The notes beneath the pieces are model-generated. The model had not been told where the DNA came from, ran no database searches, and saw only the letters and a program-made list of their open reading frames with translations. The position numbers and the translations under genes were made by a program. Below, in pieces: positions 23,411 to 35,279 of a DNA stretch of 64,000 nt. Each line of letters starts with the position of its first letter. The first letter of the stretch is position 1. This DNA comes from Eledone cirrhosa (lineage: Eukaryota), in NCBI GenBank assembly GCA_964016885.1, contig OZ024764.1:20026001-20090000 (forward strand), written 5' to 3'.

Positions 23411-26400
23411 CATCATCATCATTTTACGTCCGCTTTTCCCTGCTTGCAAGGGTGGGACGTGTCTCATTCAGCACAGCATCTCTCCACATGTCACGGTCCC
23501 TCGTCATCTCCACCGTGAGCTTCAATGATCTGAGGTCTGTTCTCACCACCTCCGCCCATGTTTTTCGTGGTCTACCTCTACCACGTCTTCCTTCAATTGG
23601 CACTTCTTCACCCATCGGTCATCCTCCATGCGCATCACATGTCCATACCACCTCAGTCTCCTCTCCCGTACACTACATTCTATCCCTCTCAGACACAGTT
23701 TCTCTCTCAACACATTTATGCTGGGTCGTTCACGCACATTTACACTGCACATCCAACGGAGCATGCTTGCCTCATTTCTCTCCAGCCGTCGCATATCCTC
23801 TGCGGTTGCTGCCCATGTCTCACTACCATGCAGCATCGCGCTCCTCACACAGGCATCATACAACCGGCCTTTTCGTACGCAGGGAGAAACCCTTCTTCGT
23901 CAACAGAGGAAGCAGCTCCCTAAACTTCTTCCAACCCGTCCTTATTCTAGATACTATGGCCTCGGAACACCCTCCTCCCATGCTAATCTGATCTCCTAGG
24001 TACCGGAAGCTATCCACCACTTCTATAGCGCCCTCTCGCATTTGAAAAATGTGTCTATCAGTGCGACTTCTACTGTCTAATTTCCCTGTACATCTACTGC
24101 ATACATATTTCTCCCTACCTGTTAGTTTGCCTGCTATCCCGCTACATCTCTTGTGTACCCAGGACCTGCATTGTGTGCATTTTATAGAATTTATGCCAGT
24201 TCCTTTTCTGCATATCGAACATGGCCATTTCCCTGACGGAATCAGGGTTTTGTCCTCTTTTCTACTCATCAACACTTTTGTCTTAGCTAGATTTACTCTC
24301 AGTCCTCTTGCTTCCAACTGCTGTTTCCATAGCCGGAATTTATTCTTTAGCTCCTCTACTGATTCTGCCATAAGAGCCAGATCGTCAGCATAGAGAAGTT
24401 CCCATGGACAGCCAGTCTTAAACTCCTCTGTTATGGCTTGGAGGACTATAATGAACAAGAGCGGGCTGAGGACCGGACCCTGATGTACTCCTACTTGTAT
24501 CTGGAATTCCTCACTAAACTCCATTCCTACCCTGACTTTACTGAGAGTACCTCTGTACAAAGTTTGCACTGTCCTCACAAGCCATTCCTCAACACCCAGC
24601 TTCCTTAGGGACCACCAGATGACAGATCGGGGTACCCTATCAAAGGCCTTCTCTAGGTCAACAAAGGCTAAGTATAGTGGCTTATTCTTCTCTAAGAACC
24701 TCTCTTGCATTTGTCTCACCAAGAAGAGGGCATCTGTTGTACTCTTCCCAGGCACAAAACCAAACTGCATCTCATCTAGTTTGACCCTTTCTCTTTCTGC
24801 CACTTTCATAACCTGATCTATCAGTTTTATACCCCTATAATTGCTCCTCTCCAAAACATCCCCTTTACCTGTGTAGCAATTTATGAGAATACTGCTGCAC
24901 CAGTCTTTGGGTATGACACCACCATATATAGCCTGATTGATGATGCGTGCAACCAGTTTAGTGCCTACGTCCCCTGATGCCTTCAGCATCTCAGCAACTA
25001 TTCCCGATGGTCCGGCCGCCTTACCATTTTTCATTTCCCTAATTGCCTCTTGGACCCTATATTCGTCAATCTCAATAGCTGGTCCCTCTGTCGGATCTAC
25101 CAAGGGTAATTTCTCTCTCTCCCATTCGTTCTCCACATTCATCAGTCTCTCATAATGACATTTCCAGGCCTCCTTTTTCTGGTCATTCGTGACACTAAGT
25201 ACACCGGCATCATCCCGGACACATTTATCTCCAACAACATCCTGATTTGCATTGACACACTGCCTTGCAATGTGGAACACCGCACGTCTCTGATCTTCCC
25301 GTCGCAGAACATTGGCAAACCTCCTACTCTCTGCCTCCCTGCGTGCTAAGTACACCTGACGTCTAGCTTCTCTCTTAGTGGCTGTATATTCTTCCCTACT
25401 CCCACCCTTTTTCCAAGCCTTCCATGCTAGTGTCTCTAATAGCTTTGTCTCTAATAGCTTTATCTACTGTGCTGTTCCACCACCAGGTCACTCTCTGTCT
25501 GGTTGAAGCTCTGCTCCAGCCACAGGTTTCATCAGTAGCCTGCAGCAAGTTGTCACGTAAGAACTTCCAGTTATTATCTATGTCATACGTCTCTAAATCG
25601 TCTTCTTTTTCGTCATATACATCTTGAAGGGCTTTCTTAAATTTGTATTTTAGTGAAAGGTCTTTTAGCTTCCAGACCTTTCTTCTCCACACCTTCCTGT
25701 ATGTCTCATTCCATCTCTTGCTTACTGAGATATCACTAACAACTAACCTATGCTGTGGGGTACATTCTTCCCCACGGTATGCCTTGGAATTAGACACTAT
25801 CTGCCTGTCCCGCTGCCTAACTAGCAGGAAGTCAATCTGGCTTATGTGCTCACCAGATTTGTAGGTTATTAGGTGATTGGCAGGTTTCTGGAAGTTTGTG
25901 TTGCAAATAATCAATGTACTCGCATCACAAAATTCAAGAAGTCTCACTCCTTCTTCATTTCTTGAACCGTAACCGTGCCCACCATGTACCCCAGTGTAAC
26001 CATCCTGGAGCTGTCCAACATGACCATTGAAGTCTCCTGCTAGCATAATGATGTCTCCGTCCTCTGTCATTGTGGTTGTTTGCAAAAGTTGCTCATAAAA
26101 GCAGTCTTTCTCATCTTTGCCTAGGCCTGCTTGGGGAGCATAGACCAAGATGATTGTCAGTAGTCTCCTACCTACAACTAATCTAAGCTTAATTATTCGA
26201 TTACTAATTCGAACTACCTCTATTGTCTTATTGATCCATTTCTCAGCCAGGAAAATGCCTACTCCCCCTAACCCATCATCCTTACCTACCCAGAATAGCT
26301 TATAGCTAAGACGCTTGCCTACGACTAGTCTCGCAGAGGGACCTCTCCATCTCACCTCTTGCACGCAGCACACATCCACCTGCCTTCTCTCCAGCATCTC

Positions 26401-27587
26401 CGCTATTTCAGCAGATCTACCTCTGAGAGTGCCAACATTAAGTGTTGTAACTCTGAGATGCGACGTCTTCATATTTTTCTATGCTGTTTTGTTGCTGTGC
26501 TGATAAGCTTTTTGGCATTGATACACTGGTTGGATGCCCTTCCTAACACCAGCGCCACTTTACAGCATGGACTGGGTGCTTTTATTTGTGCCACCAGCAC
26601 TAGAGAGGATGTCTTACTAGACTCAAGGGCCCTCTCTACCCCTCCATTTTACAGCATGGTCATAAAAAAAAAAAAAAAAAACTTATTGACACGACGCACA
26701 CACAAACACTCACACACCAACACTCATGCATACAAACCACAACCACACATACCAACACTCATTCATGCATACAATCACACACACCACTCACAAACATATA
26801 TATACATATATTACCGACAGTACCGATACAAAATCAAAATCGTCAAAATCACTATCATGTCAACTGTTGACCTTTCCCAGTCCAGTTCGGCTTGTATATA
26901 ATAATAATAACAATAATAATTGTTTGCTTTACGCTGGTAATGGCGGTGGTGGATGGTGTCAGTGTGGTGGTGGTGGATGGTATCAGCGTGGTGGTGGTGG
27001 ATGGTCAGTGATGGTGGTGGCAGTTGTTGGTGCTGTAGTTGTTATTGTAGTTGTTGTCGTTGTTGCTGTTGTTGTTGTCCTTCATTTCACTGCTGCTGTT
27101 GCTGCAGACAATGGTGTTGATGCTGTTATTGCTGTCGCATATATACAAATACATACACACACACACATTCAACACAGACGATGGTGTTGTTGCTGTTGCT
27201 GCTGTTGTTGTTGTTGTAGTTGTTGCTGTGTTGAAATCTGGTCGCATCCACTGAGATATACATATACACACACATACACATATGTATATACACACACATA
27301 CACATCTGTATATACACATACATACATCAAAAGAGAGTCAGCAGTATGTCAACAGGGGACAGGACAGCGACCTGAGAGTAATGTGGTGATGGTGGGGAGC
27401 GAGTGTAGGCGTTATTGTTATTGTGGTGACGGGGGGGGGGGGGTCAGTGAGATGTACAAGCTTATAGATCATTTCTCTCTTTTCCTCTCTCTTCAAAATT
27501 TTTGACTTTATGGCCTTTTGCAATGGCGGACAAGTATATATAATATATATATATGAAGCAAAGAAAAGAAAATTTTTTTTTTTTTTT
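23411..27587 (-). mobile_element. Near full-length RTE LINE (APE endonuclease + RT), frameshifted, with a microsatellite-rich 5' region
   Basis: EN ORF at 25396-26472 (LNVGTL, VQEVRW, GDFNGH, IDF, QHRLVV) and RT ORF at 23856-25355 (FVDLEKAFD, LYADD), with the C-terminus in shifted frames and an (ATG)n tail. Boundaries are defined by empty sites at ~41755 and ~57294. Confidence 0.95.
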
Positions 27588-27880
27588 GTGAAATATTTCT
27601 TCTGAATTGAGATAAATAACAACATTTTCCTTTTTCACTGTCTGGAATATTTACAAGATGATTTTACATTCTGATTAAACTTTGGATATTTACAAAGGAG
27701 TTTTCAAAATATTTGGATATTGACAAAGATCACATTTGATAAAATTATGAACAATAGAAATATTTACATCAACATAGGAATATTTTCCAGAAGAGATGGG
27801 AAAATCATTATACCACTAATATTTGTGGTAAAGTATTCTCTCTTCTTTATATGTAGAACATCTAACTAAACACTTTAACT
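27588..27880 (+). pseudogene. Decayed second ZNF exon (U1 copy; begins at acceptor 23317 and is split by the RTE)
   Basis: ttcactgtctggaatatttacaagatgatttta is homologous to the ZNF 5' UTR. It is followed by ATG GGA AAA TCA TTA TAC CAC ... ATT TGT GGT AAA, a single-finger remnant at 27796. Confidence 0.7.
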
Positions 27881-27984
27881 AACAAACTATTGTGCTATAG
27901 AATTGACAAACTTGAGGAATGTTTAATAAATGTTACAGATTTCTCCAAACTGTCGTTTACTAACTTTAATTTGAAGCTATATTA

Positions 27985-28371
27985 TCTATATACTACTAAA
28001 ACTCTGTAATTGTGTCTTGTCCGTAATTTAATACAATTAAAACAGTGCATAATGGGGAAATACTTTGAAAAGAATAAAACAAGTTTTGTATAAAATGGAG
28101 CACAGGTTCCCAAGATACGGGGTTTTCTGGGTACCTTCATAAATATAGGGAGAGAAAGAGATAGTGGTTGTGAGAGTGAGGAGACAGATGGAAGAGAGAG
28201 AGAGCTGCTGGTGTTGTTTAATAAAATGTGTGCGTATATATATATACATATGTGTCTATATATATATATATGTCTGTATATTTTAACTATTTGAAAATTA
28301 TTTTTAAGTGAACATGATTTTAAAATAATAGTTTTAAGGGAACGTGACCCAACAGGTCCCGGGTGGTCTAG
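27985..28371 (+). mobile_element. Non-autonomous Helitron
   Basis: A|TCTATATACTACTAAAA 5' end, a GC-rich subterminal motif and a CTAG|T 3' end, inserted between A and T with no TSD. Confidence 0.75.
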
Positions 28372-28778
28372 TTTGTTACTAAATACTAGATATTAGAGGG
28401 TCATGTTGTTCTAGATGGGCTGGAAGAGCCATTCCATCTCGTGAGGCTCACACCAGCAGCTAGCCACCTCAGCACCTATGGTGGTATATTTATTATATTA
28501 TTTATTCTTTATCATTAACATTAATATAAAAGATAATTATATATTTTTAGAGAAGAACCTCTAATTTTATATAGCTTAGGGCTTCAGTAGGTAAAAGTCT
28601 GCCCCTGCCTGTCTTGTATTTTTTAGGGGAGAAGTTAGGGAATACGGTTATTGTGTGAAAGTTTTCTAAATCTTCTTCAGCCACTAACATGGAGAAGAAA
28701 TTTCAGTAAAAAGGTTCACATCCTGACATCTATAGCTGTTAACAATGAGATTGGAATTCATTATAAAACAAATGTTAT

Positions 28779-29480
28779 ATCATCATCACTGTTTAACAAC
28801 AGTTTTTCCACGCTGGCATGGGTTAGACGAGTTATCCTGTTGTAAGCAATGCCAGGTCAGGTGACCACGTGTTGCTCCTACAGAACAAATTTTGGATTGG
28901 TTTCTACAGCTGCATTCCCTTCCAAGCACCAACCTTATTTACATTGAGTACTGGGTGCATTTTACCATCTTACCATCACGACCACTTTACAGTGTGCGCT
29001 GGGTGCTTTTTGTTGTGACACCTACATGACCACTTTACATTGTGGGCTGGGTACTTTTTGTTGTGACACCTACATGACCACTTTACAGTTTGGACTGGGT
29101 GCTTTTTGTCGTGACACCTACATGACCACTTTATAGTGTGGACTGGCTACTTTTTGTTGTGACACCAACATGACCATTTTAAAGTTTTGGCTGGGTACTT
29201 TTTGTTGTCACCTACATGACCACTTTACAGTGTGGGCTGGGTGCTTTTTGCTGTGACACCTACGCAACCGCTTTATAGTGTGGGCTGGTTTCTTTTTGTC
29301 ATATCACCTACATGACCAGTTTATAGTATTGGCTGTGTGTTCTTTACAGTGTGGGCTGGTTTCTTTTTGTCATATCACCTACATGACCACCTTATAATGT
29401 TGACTGTGTGTTCTCTACAGTGTGGGTTGGGTGCTTTTTGTCATATCACCTACCCAACCACTTTGCAGTGTGGGCAGTGA
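28779..29480 (-). repeat. RTE-type tail or SINE remnant with an expanded 48-bp minisatellite (~10 units, 28981-29480)
   Basis: catcatcactgtttaac...ccacgctggcatgggttagacg tail, then the unit accactttacagtgtgggctgggtgctttttgttgtgacacctacatg. Copies lie at ~42860-43035 (short) and ~58660-59080. Confidence 0.85.
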
Positions 29481-29489
29481 AATATCAGT

Positions 29490-29830
29490 AATGCACCAGC
29501 TCCAATATTCAGTAATCAGAAGAAGGGAGGTAGGCATAAAAGCCAAACTTGCTGTCTTCAATTAGGTTTTTGTGCCAACCCTTACCTATGGTCACATATC
29601 TTGGGTAATGACCAAAAGAATATGATTGCAAATACAAATGGCAGATATGGGATTCGTCTGAAGGGTCTTTGAAGGAACGAATCACTGGATAGATTTTACA
29701 GGCAAAACTAACCAGCAGGAGACCCAGGGGTACACTGGAGCAAGATGGTCACATAACATCCATGACCTTGGCTGGTCTCTCTGGGAGAGCCAGCCAGATC
29801 AGTTGGGGTGGGTTACTTCTGACAGGATTT
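29490..29830 (+). mobile_element. Old RTE-like RT C-terminal fragment
   Basis: KAKLAVF..VFVPTLTYGHISWVMTKR remnant. Fuller copies lie at ~43050-43560 and ~59090-59630. Confidence 0.7.
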
Positions 29831-30079
29831 CCCTGCTAGCAAGGGTTTAATGAGTCTACTTCAACCAAGTAAGTACTGAAGTGAGGCTACTGATCTCTAG
29901 ACAGACCAAGGATCTGAGACTTATTTACATAAGGTCTCATTTGCTACTGAGTGCGCAGAAAAGGTTGTCATGATTGAAGGGTTCTCCGACACTATTGTCG
30001 GGCAAGCTTTCTATGGCTAGATGTCCTTCACATGACCAACCACATTACAGCCTGTGTTGGGTGTGTTTATCATGTAGGT

Positions 30080-32448
30080 AAGATATAACAAACTGAGGGT
30101 TCCCCAAGGTCCACATAGGTCACATGTGTTGTCTGAGGGTTGCACACTACAACTAATTATGTACACGACAACTAATTAAAGTCATTTAATAAAATATATT
30201 GCAGAAAGATTTGTTACTTAAATTTAGAAACATACAATGTACATACAAATGTTTTAGCAGCATTCATGAATACAAAGTAATGAAGTAGTTTGACAAAAAA
30301 GTAAAATTTCACATGTCAACATATACTTGCAGATTGTAACAGCAACAAATACATTGTACACAAATAACAACAGTTCAAAACTGAACATTTATTTGCTACT
30401 ATTCAACCATTTTTAGTGTTTTGTCCTGAGGCTTGACACTTCTTTCTGTTGACTATGTTTGGTATGTCTGGCTGAAATGTTTGTACAGTTCCAACTTTGA
30501 TCAGATGACAAGTGTTGATCAGTCAGCCTTGTTCTCTGAGAAGTTTTTGTTAATTTCATGAAGGAAAATAACTGTCCACTCACATAGGTAGAACCAAACA
30601 TTGCCATAATCTTTGTGACAAACTTTCTGAAATTAATAAACTTTTCAGGAAGGTATGAAAAGAAACCAGGTATCCCCACTACAAGATACTTTGTTCTGAG
30701 TGTAGAATCTGACTGCATTTCCAATAGTTCCATCTGCAGGCATTCTTCTGCCTTCATCAAAGGTGAATGGTGCTGAGAATAATGTAAACTGATGTTCAAA
30801 AAATGAGAAATCACAAAATCTATCCTGAAATTTCTTTAACAACAATTCCAGCTGACTGTCATACTTAACTAAGCTAAATACAGACTCAGTATTGGCAGTG
30901 ATTTTCAGCTCTTTGCACATAGGGAAATGAACTAAATTTTCATCTGACGACGGAGATTTCCATAAGCTTAGTTTTCTAATGAAGCACTTGATGTCATCAT
31001 TCAACTGATTAATGGGTTTGTTTTAACCTTGTAATTTCAAATTAAGATCAGTTAATTGTGCAGTAATATCCACAACAAAAGCCAGATGTTGGAGCCAACT
31101 TTCATCTTTTATTTCATCTGTGTTTTAACCTTTTATCTCCAAAAACATAATTATTTCTTTTCTCAACAAATAGCATCTTTTCAGCACTTTGTGACATGTC
31201 AACCAGCAGACTTCTGTGTAGAATGGAACATCGGTGAACTGATTATCCATATCTTACAACAACTGGCTGAACTGACGGTGGTTGAGAGCACGGCCTCTGA
31301 TTTAGTTCACTGTCTTTGTGACCAAGCTAAGCACATGATGCAATTTTAAAATCTTTGAACATAAATTTTGCTGATGAATAATAGTGAAAATGTGAAAATG
31401 ATGAATCTAGATATGAGTTTTCTATTTTTGTTTGTAACTTAGCAGCAACACCATTATGTCTACCAACCATATTTGCTGCACTGTCAGTAGATAAACATGC
31501 AAGTTTACTCAGATCAAAACCATGCAGACACTGCTTTACCTTCTCAAAGATGTCCTGGCTTGTTATAGTGTCATGCATGGGAACCAGTTCAATCAGTTCT
31601 TCATAAATATTAAATTCACTGTCACAGGCCCTGGTGAAGAATGCAAGCTGTACTGTTCCAGTGATGTCAACAGTCTCATCAATAGCAATAGAAACATGTT
31701 CAAACCTTGATGATACAGCCTTTAACTGTTGTTTCAGATCACCTGACATTTCATTAATCTGTTCAGCAACAGTGTTCCTGGTTAATGAAATGTCTTTGAA
31801 TAACTCTGCTTTCTCTGGACAATTTCAGCTGTTTTTACAAGACATTGCTTTACAAAATCTCCTTCACTGTAAGATTTCCCACTCATGGCAATTATTCAAC
31901 TGAGTTCATAGTTTGCAGTAACGGAAGTGACATTCTCTTCCTGAGTTAACATAAAAAAAGGTCTATTGCTGTGTCAAGTTAACCTTCAATTCCTTGAGTC
32001 TTGAAACACACATTGGGCCTTCATGTTTATTGTAAGATCGAGGGTTTGTTTCATAATGTCTTTTTAAATTGTACTCTTTTGTCGTGGCGATGTAGTTGTT
32101 GCAAATTAAACAGTGTATCTTTCTGTTCACCGTTGGGCAAAAATACTGTAATTCCCACTTTTCTTGAAACACTTGACCTTCTTCGTTCAATTTCCTTTTT
32201 CTCTTAGCTGGAGGAGCACTAACCATTTCAAAAACAAAAACTTTTGAAATTTGACAGAAAGTATTCTGTTAATGAGCTGCACGTGATTAATGGAAGTTAA
32301 AAGTAGTTGACAAAAATTGAACCAAAAAAAAAATTGTATCGAAAATGTTTTAAATTTTATATTACGAAAATGAAACATGCTCGCACTGTAAAAACCTTTG
32401 TGTGGGCCGCAGGTTTGCTTGCCAAGGGCCGCATGTTTGACATGTCTG
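30080..32448 (-). mobile_element. hAT transposon, Buster/SPIN type (GTF2IRD2-like transposase), decayed
   Basis: 8-bp TSD ATGTAGGT on both sides (nnnTAnnn pattern) and TIR CAGACATGTCAAAC (degenerate at the left end). Transposase remnants include FQEKWELQY..CLIC..KEYNLKRHYET, SIAIDETVDITG, STDSAANMVG and MFGSTY. Confidence 0.93.
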
Positions 32449-32599
32449 ATGTAGGTTACCAACACTAGGCAGGGCAGCATGTCCATCAGTGTGTTCTCTA
32501 CATTAACTACCAGGAGGTCACCACATGAGACAAAGACTACATTTCAAAGAGGGGTCATAAAAGAACTAAATACGAAAGTCCTCGCAGCAACAAGCAAAT

Positions 32600-32990
32600 A
32601 ATTGAGCTTTGGGTCTAGGTCAAGGGGCAGAAGTGCTGCGCCCTGTGGATAAGACTGCAAAAGTATTCGCCCCGGGCAACAGCCACCCCAACCTCATGGG
32701 ACTCCCTCTTCAGAAGGACCACCAACGTTCTGATCTTACAGAGGAGCTTGGCAGTATGGGGTCCAAGTACTTCTGAGGTCTCGATGGTGACCAGTGTGAA
32801 GAGACCTACAATTGATGTCATCCCAGTTATGTTGGACTGTAATATACTGGGGTATAGAGAGGCCTTAACCTGTCACAGCCGGGCCACTAAGGGTTGTGTC
32901 ATCTAGGTACCAGACAGGGGTAACTAGACCATGTTGTCAACTGTCAGCACCAATAGGAGTGAGGCGAGTGGTCCCCTTGCTAGACACCAT
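32600..32990 (-). mobile_element. Old CRE-like non-LTR 3' fragment
   Basis: FT(P/L)VTIETSEVLGP...LLQWVSLSIVRG (best seen in the 46368-46676 copy) resembles the C-terminus of a restriction-like endonuclease. Copies lie at ~46360 and ~62130. Confidence 0.55.
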
Positions 32991-33235
32991 ATATAAAACG
33001 TATTCGCCAATTACTTTAATGAATAATTTGTTTCATACGTAATTATTACTTTTAACACAATAGGATTTTGTACACGTGTTTGTTTGAAAACATCTTTCAA
33101 AGAAGTATGAGACAGTCTTTTGTAGTGTTTATTATAATAAATTACTGTATGTTGAGCTGTTTTAACTTCTCCACCTTCTATTATTTTATATTGTTTTTGT
33201 AAAAAAAACGATATCTTTTTCATATATATATATAT

Positions 33236-33357
33236 GAAGGCGTGTGGCTGAGTGGTTAGAGAATTGGATTCGGAATTGTGAGATTGTGAGTTCGATACCC
33301 AGACCGGGCGATGCGTTATGTCCTTGAGCAAGACATTTTATTTCACGTTGCTCCTCC
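33236..33357 (+). mobile_element. tRNA-derived SINE 5' part
   Basis: A box TGGCTGAGTGG, B box GTTCGATACC, then the central motif tgtccttgagcaagacatttta. Confidence 0.8.
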
Positions 33358-33698
33358 TACCTGGAGTTGCGACCGATAGATAGTATTAGCAATTGGAAAG
33401 ACCAATGGAAACATTGTTTCCTCGGTCTGATTTGACGAAAAGTCGATCATAAAAAATATATATATAGAGAGAGAGAAACACACAAACATACACTACTGTA
33501 TTACATATGTAAGGGGAGACAACTCTCGTTACATCCACCCTTCTTTTTGATATACGTCCATTAAATACTTTGTTCAATGGAACCTGCTTTATTTTGTGTC
33601 CTAAGTAGATTTCTGTTTAAGTATTTACGCGATTCACAATGATTCACGTAGACACCCCAGTTAGTGATGTTTTTGTCTCCCTCCAACATCCTACATGC

Positions 33699-33965
33699 TG
33701 TAGTAAAAGTGAGGGTCACTGCTTCTGTAGACGAACGAAATAAAAGTTAAACTACCAGTAATTATCGGCAAAGTATTTATTCCAGTCTGTGATGTTTGAG
33801 AAGCTGGGCTGCTGACAACGAAGTTGTTGTCACTGTTGGCGGCTGGCTTTACCGAAGTACCCGATGACTCTTGTGAGGGTACTTAGCTGTTCTGGCGGTT
33901 TAGCCTCCACATGACCCGATCTTACCGAGATACCCGGTGATCTCTGTAAGAGTACTTAGCTGTTC
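33699..33965 (-). mobile_element. LTR-like remnant with internal tandem repeats (deleted version of 47830-49100)
   Basis: Begins TGTAGTAAAAG, has a minus-strand AATAAA, and carries a repeated gtacttagctgttctgg...cttaccgagatacccg unit. Confidence 0.45.
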
Positions 33966-34044
33966 TATTTTAATTACATTTACTGATTTCAACTTTCATT
34001 TTTTATATTACAAACTTTACATAATTTAATTCCGTAAAAATATT

Positions 34045-34178
34045 TTACGTCACAAAAAAAACATTGAAGCATGCGCAGTGGTGCAGCTGTCGACTTCCTG
34101 TCCACGTGTTAGTCTTCCTACAACATCATTTAGACAACATTTCTGTAAATACTAAACACCTGAGACTATAATGTAAGT
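34045..34178 (+). promoter_or_regulatory. Candidate ZNF promoter, first exon and donor (U2)
   Basis: GCATGCGCAG, ACTTCCTGT (ETS-like), CACGTG (E-box) and GTAAGT at 34173. Confidence 0.5.
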
Positions 34179-35279
34179 ATTATGTCTATTAATATTGTAG
34201 ATTTAAGCTCACTTTTCACATCACAAATATATATTTTCTTGTTTGTTTCATTACTGGAAATATAAAATGTTATCGTAATTATCTATATTTTACCTACCTC
34301 TAATTAATTAAAGTGAAAACTTTTGTTGTTGCTGAAAAACAAATTAACAAAACTAAATATTTAAATATTCTAAAGGTCGTTTTTATATTATGTGATGATA
34401 TAATTAATATATTTTCTTACAGTTGTATAAATTTACAGTAGAATAACGTTGTAAGTATGTTTTAAATATATACATAAATAACATAAGTGTGTAAATAACA
34501 TTATAAATTGCTGGCAATTCCTTGAGAAAGACATTACAAATATATTGTCTAAACTGTGTATAATAATATAATTTATTGAACAATAATGATAAAGGAAAGA
34601 AAAACACAGTGGGAGATGGCAATTGACCACCAAACGAGGTAAACATTTTCAACTTTCCTCCTTTTTTTGCTTTGTCTGAGACAACTCAAAATATTCTTCA
34701 AGGAACTGGATTTTCCATTCGGTTGGATCGAACGGATTTTACCATTTATAATCTACGGAGAGGAATAACAGATGTTCGGAGGAAAAAAGAATTGTTTGTG
34801 GCAACAACGTAGGGAACCAACCTGGAGCAATCGTATCACACAATTATACTTTCCTCCTTAACATACACTTACAATTTTTCAAAATCAAACCCCCCAAATA
34901 TGAAATATAAATAATTATAAATGGCTAGGAACCATCCCATCTCCCTCTTGAAATAATCTGAATCTATTTATAGTCAGGTGTGACTGAAAGGTCAATCCAT
35001 ACTTCCATTCTATTTCACAGAATTAGAAGCTTTGACCACTTGATAGAATTCAGGTCCAGTAATGTAATCACTCCGTAATTGTAAACATCTTGTATCACTA
35101 TCATTCAGGTTTTGATTTTACTTAAGTCTTGCCCATGTTTTTTTTGTTTTTTTTCTTTTTGACACAAACTCACAATTTCGGTCTTTACTGCGGATTTACC
35201 CATGCGAACTATTACACAAACTCACAGCCTTAGATTTTGTATTTCTAGCGTTTTTATTTTCCTTCTCTTTGCATGTTCA

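Noticed and set aside
26359-27625. Cys-, His- and Val-rich ORFs (e.g. 26726-27505)
   Set aside because: These are translations of microsatellites in the RTE 5' region.
30413-32486. Host GTF2IRD2-like or EPM2AIP1-like gene
   Set aside because: The sequence is bounded by TIRs and an 8-bp TSD and is broken by frameshifts in all three copies, so it is a dead hAT transposon rather than a domesticated gene.
33236-33310. tRNA gene
   Set aside because: A and B boxes are present but there is no convincing cloverleaf, and the sequence continues into a SINE central motif.
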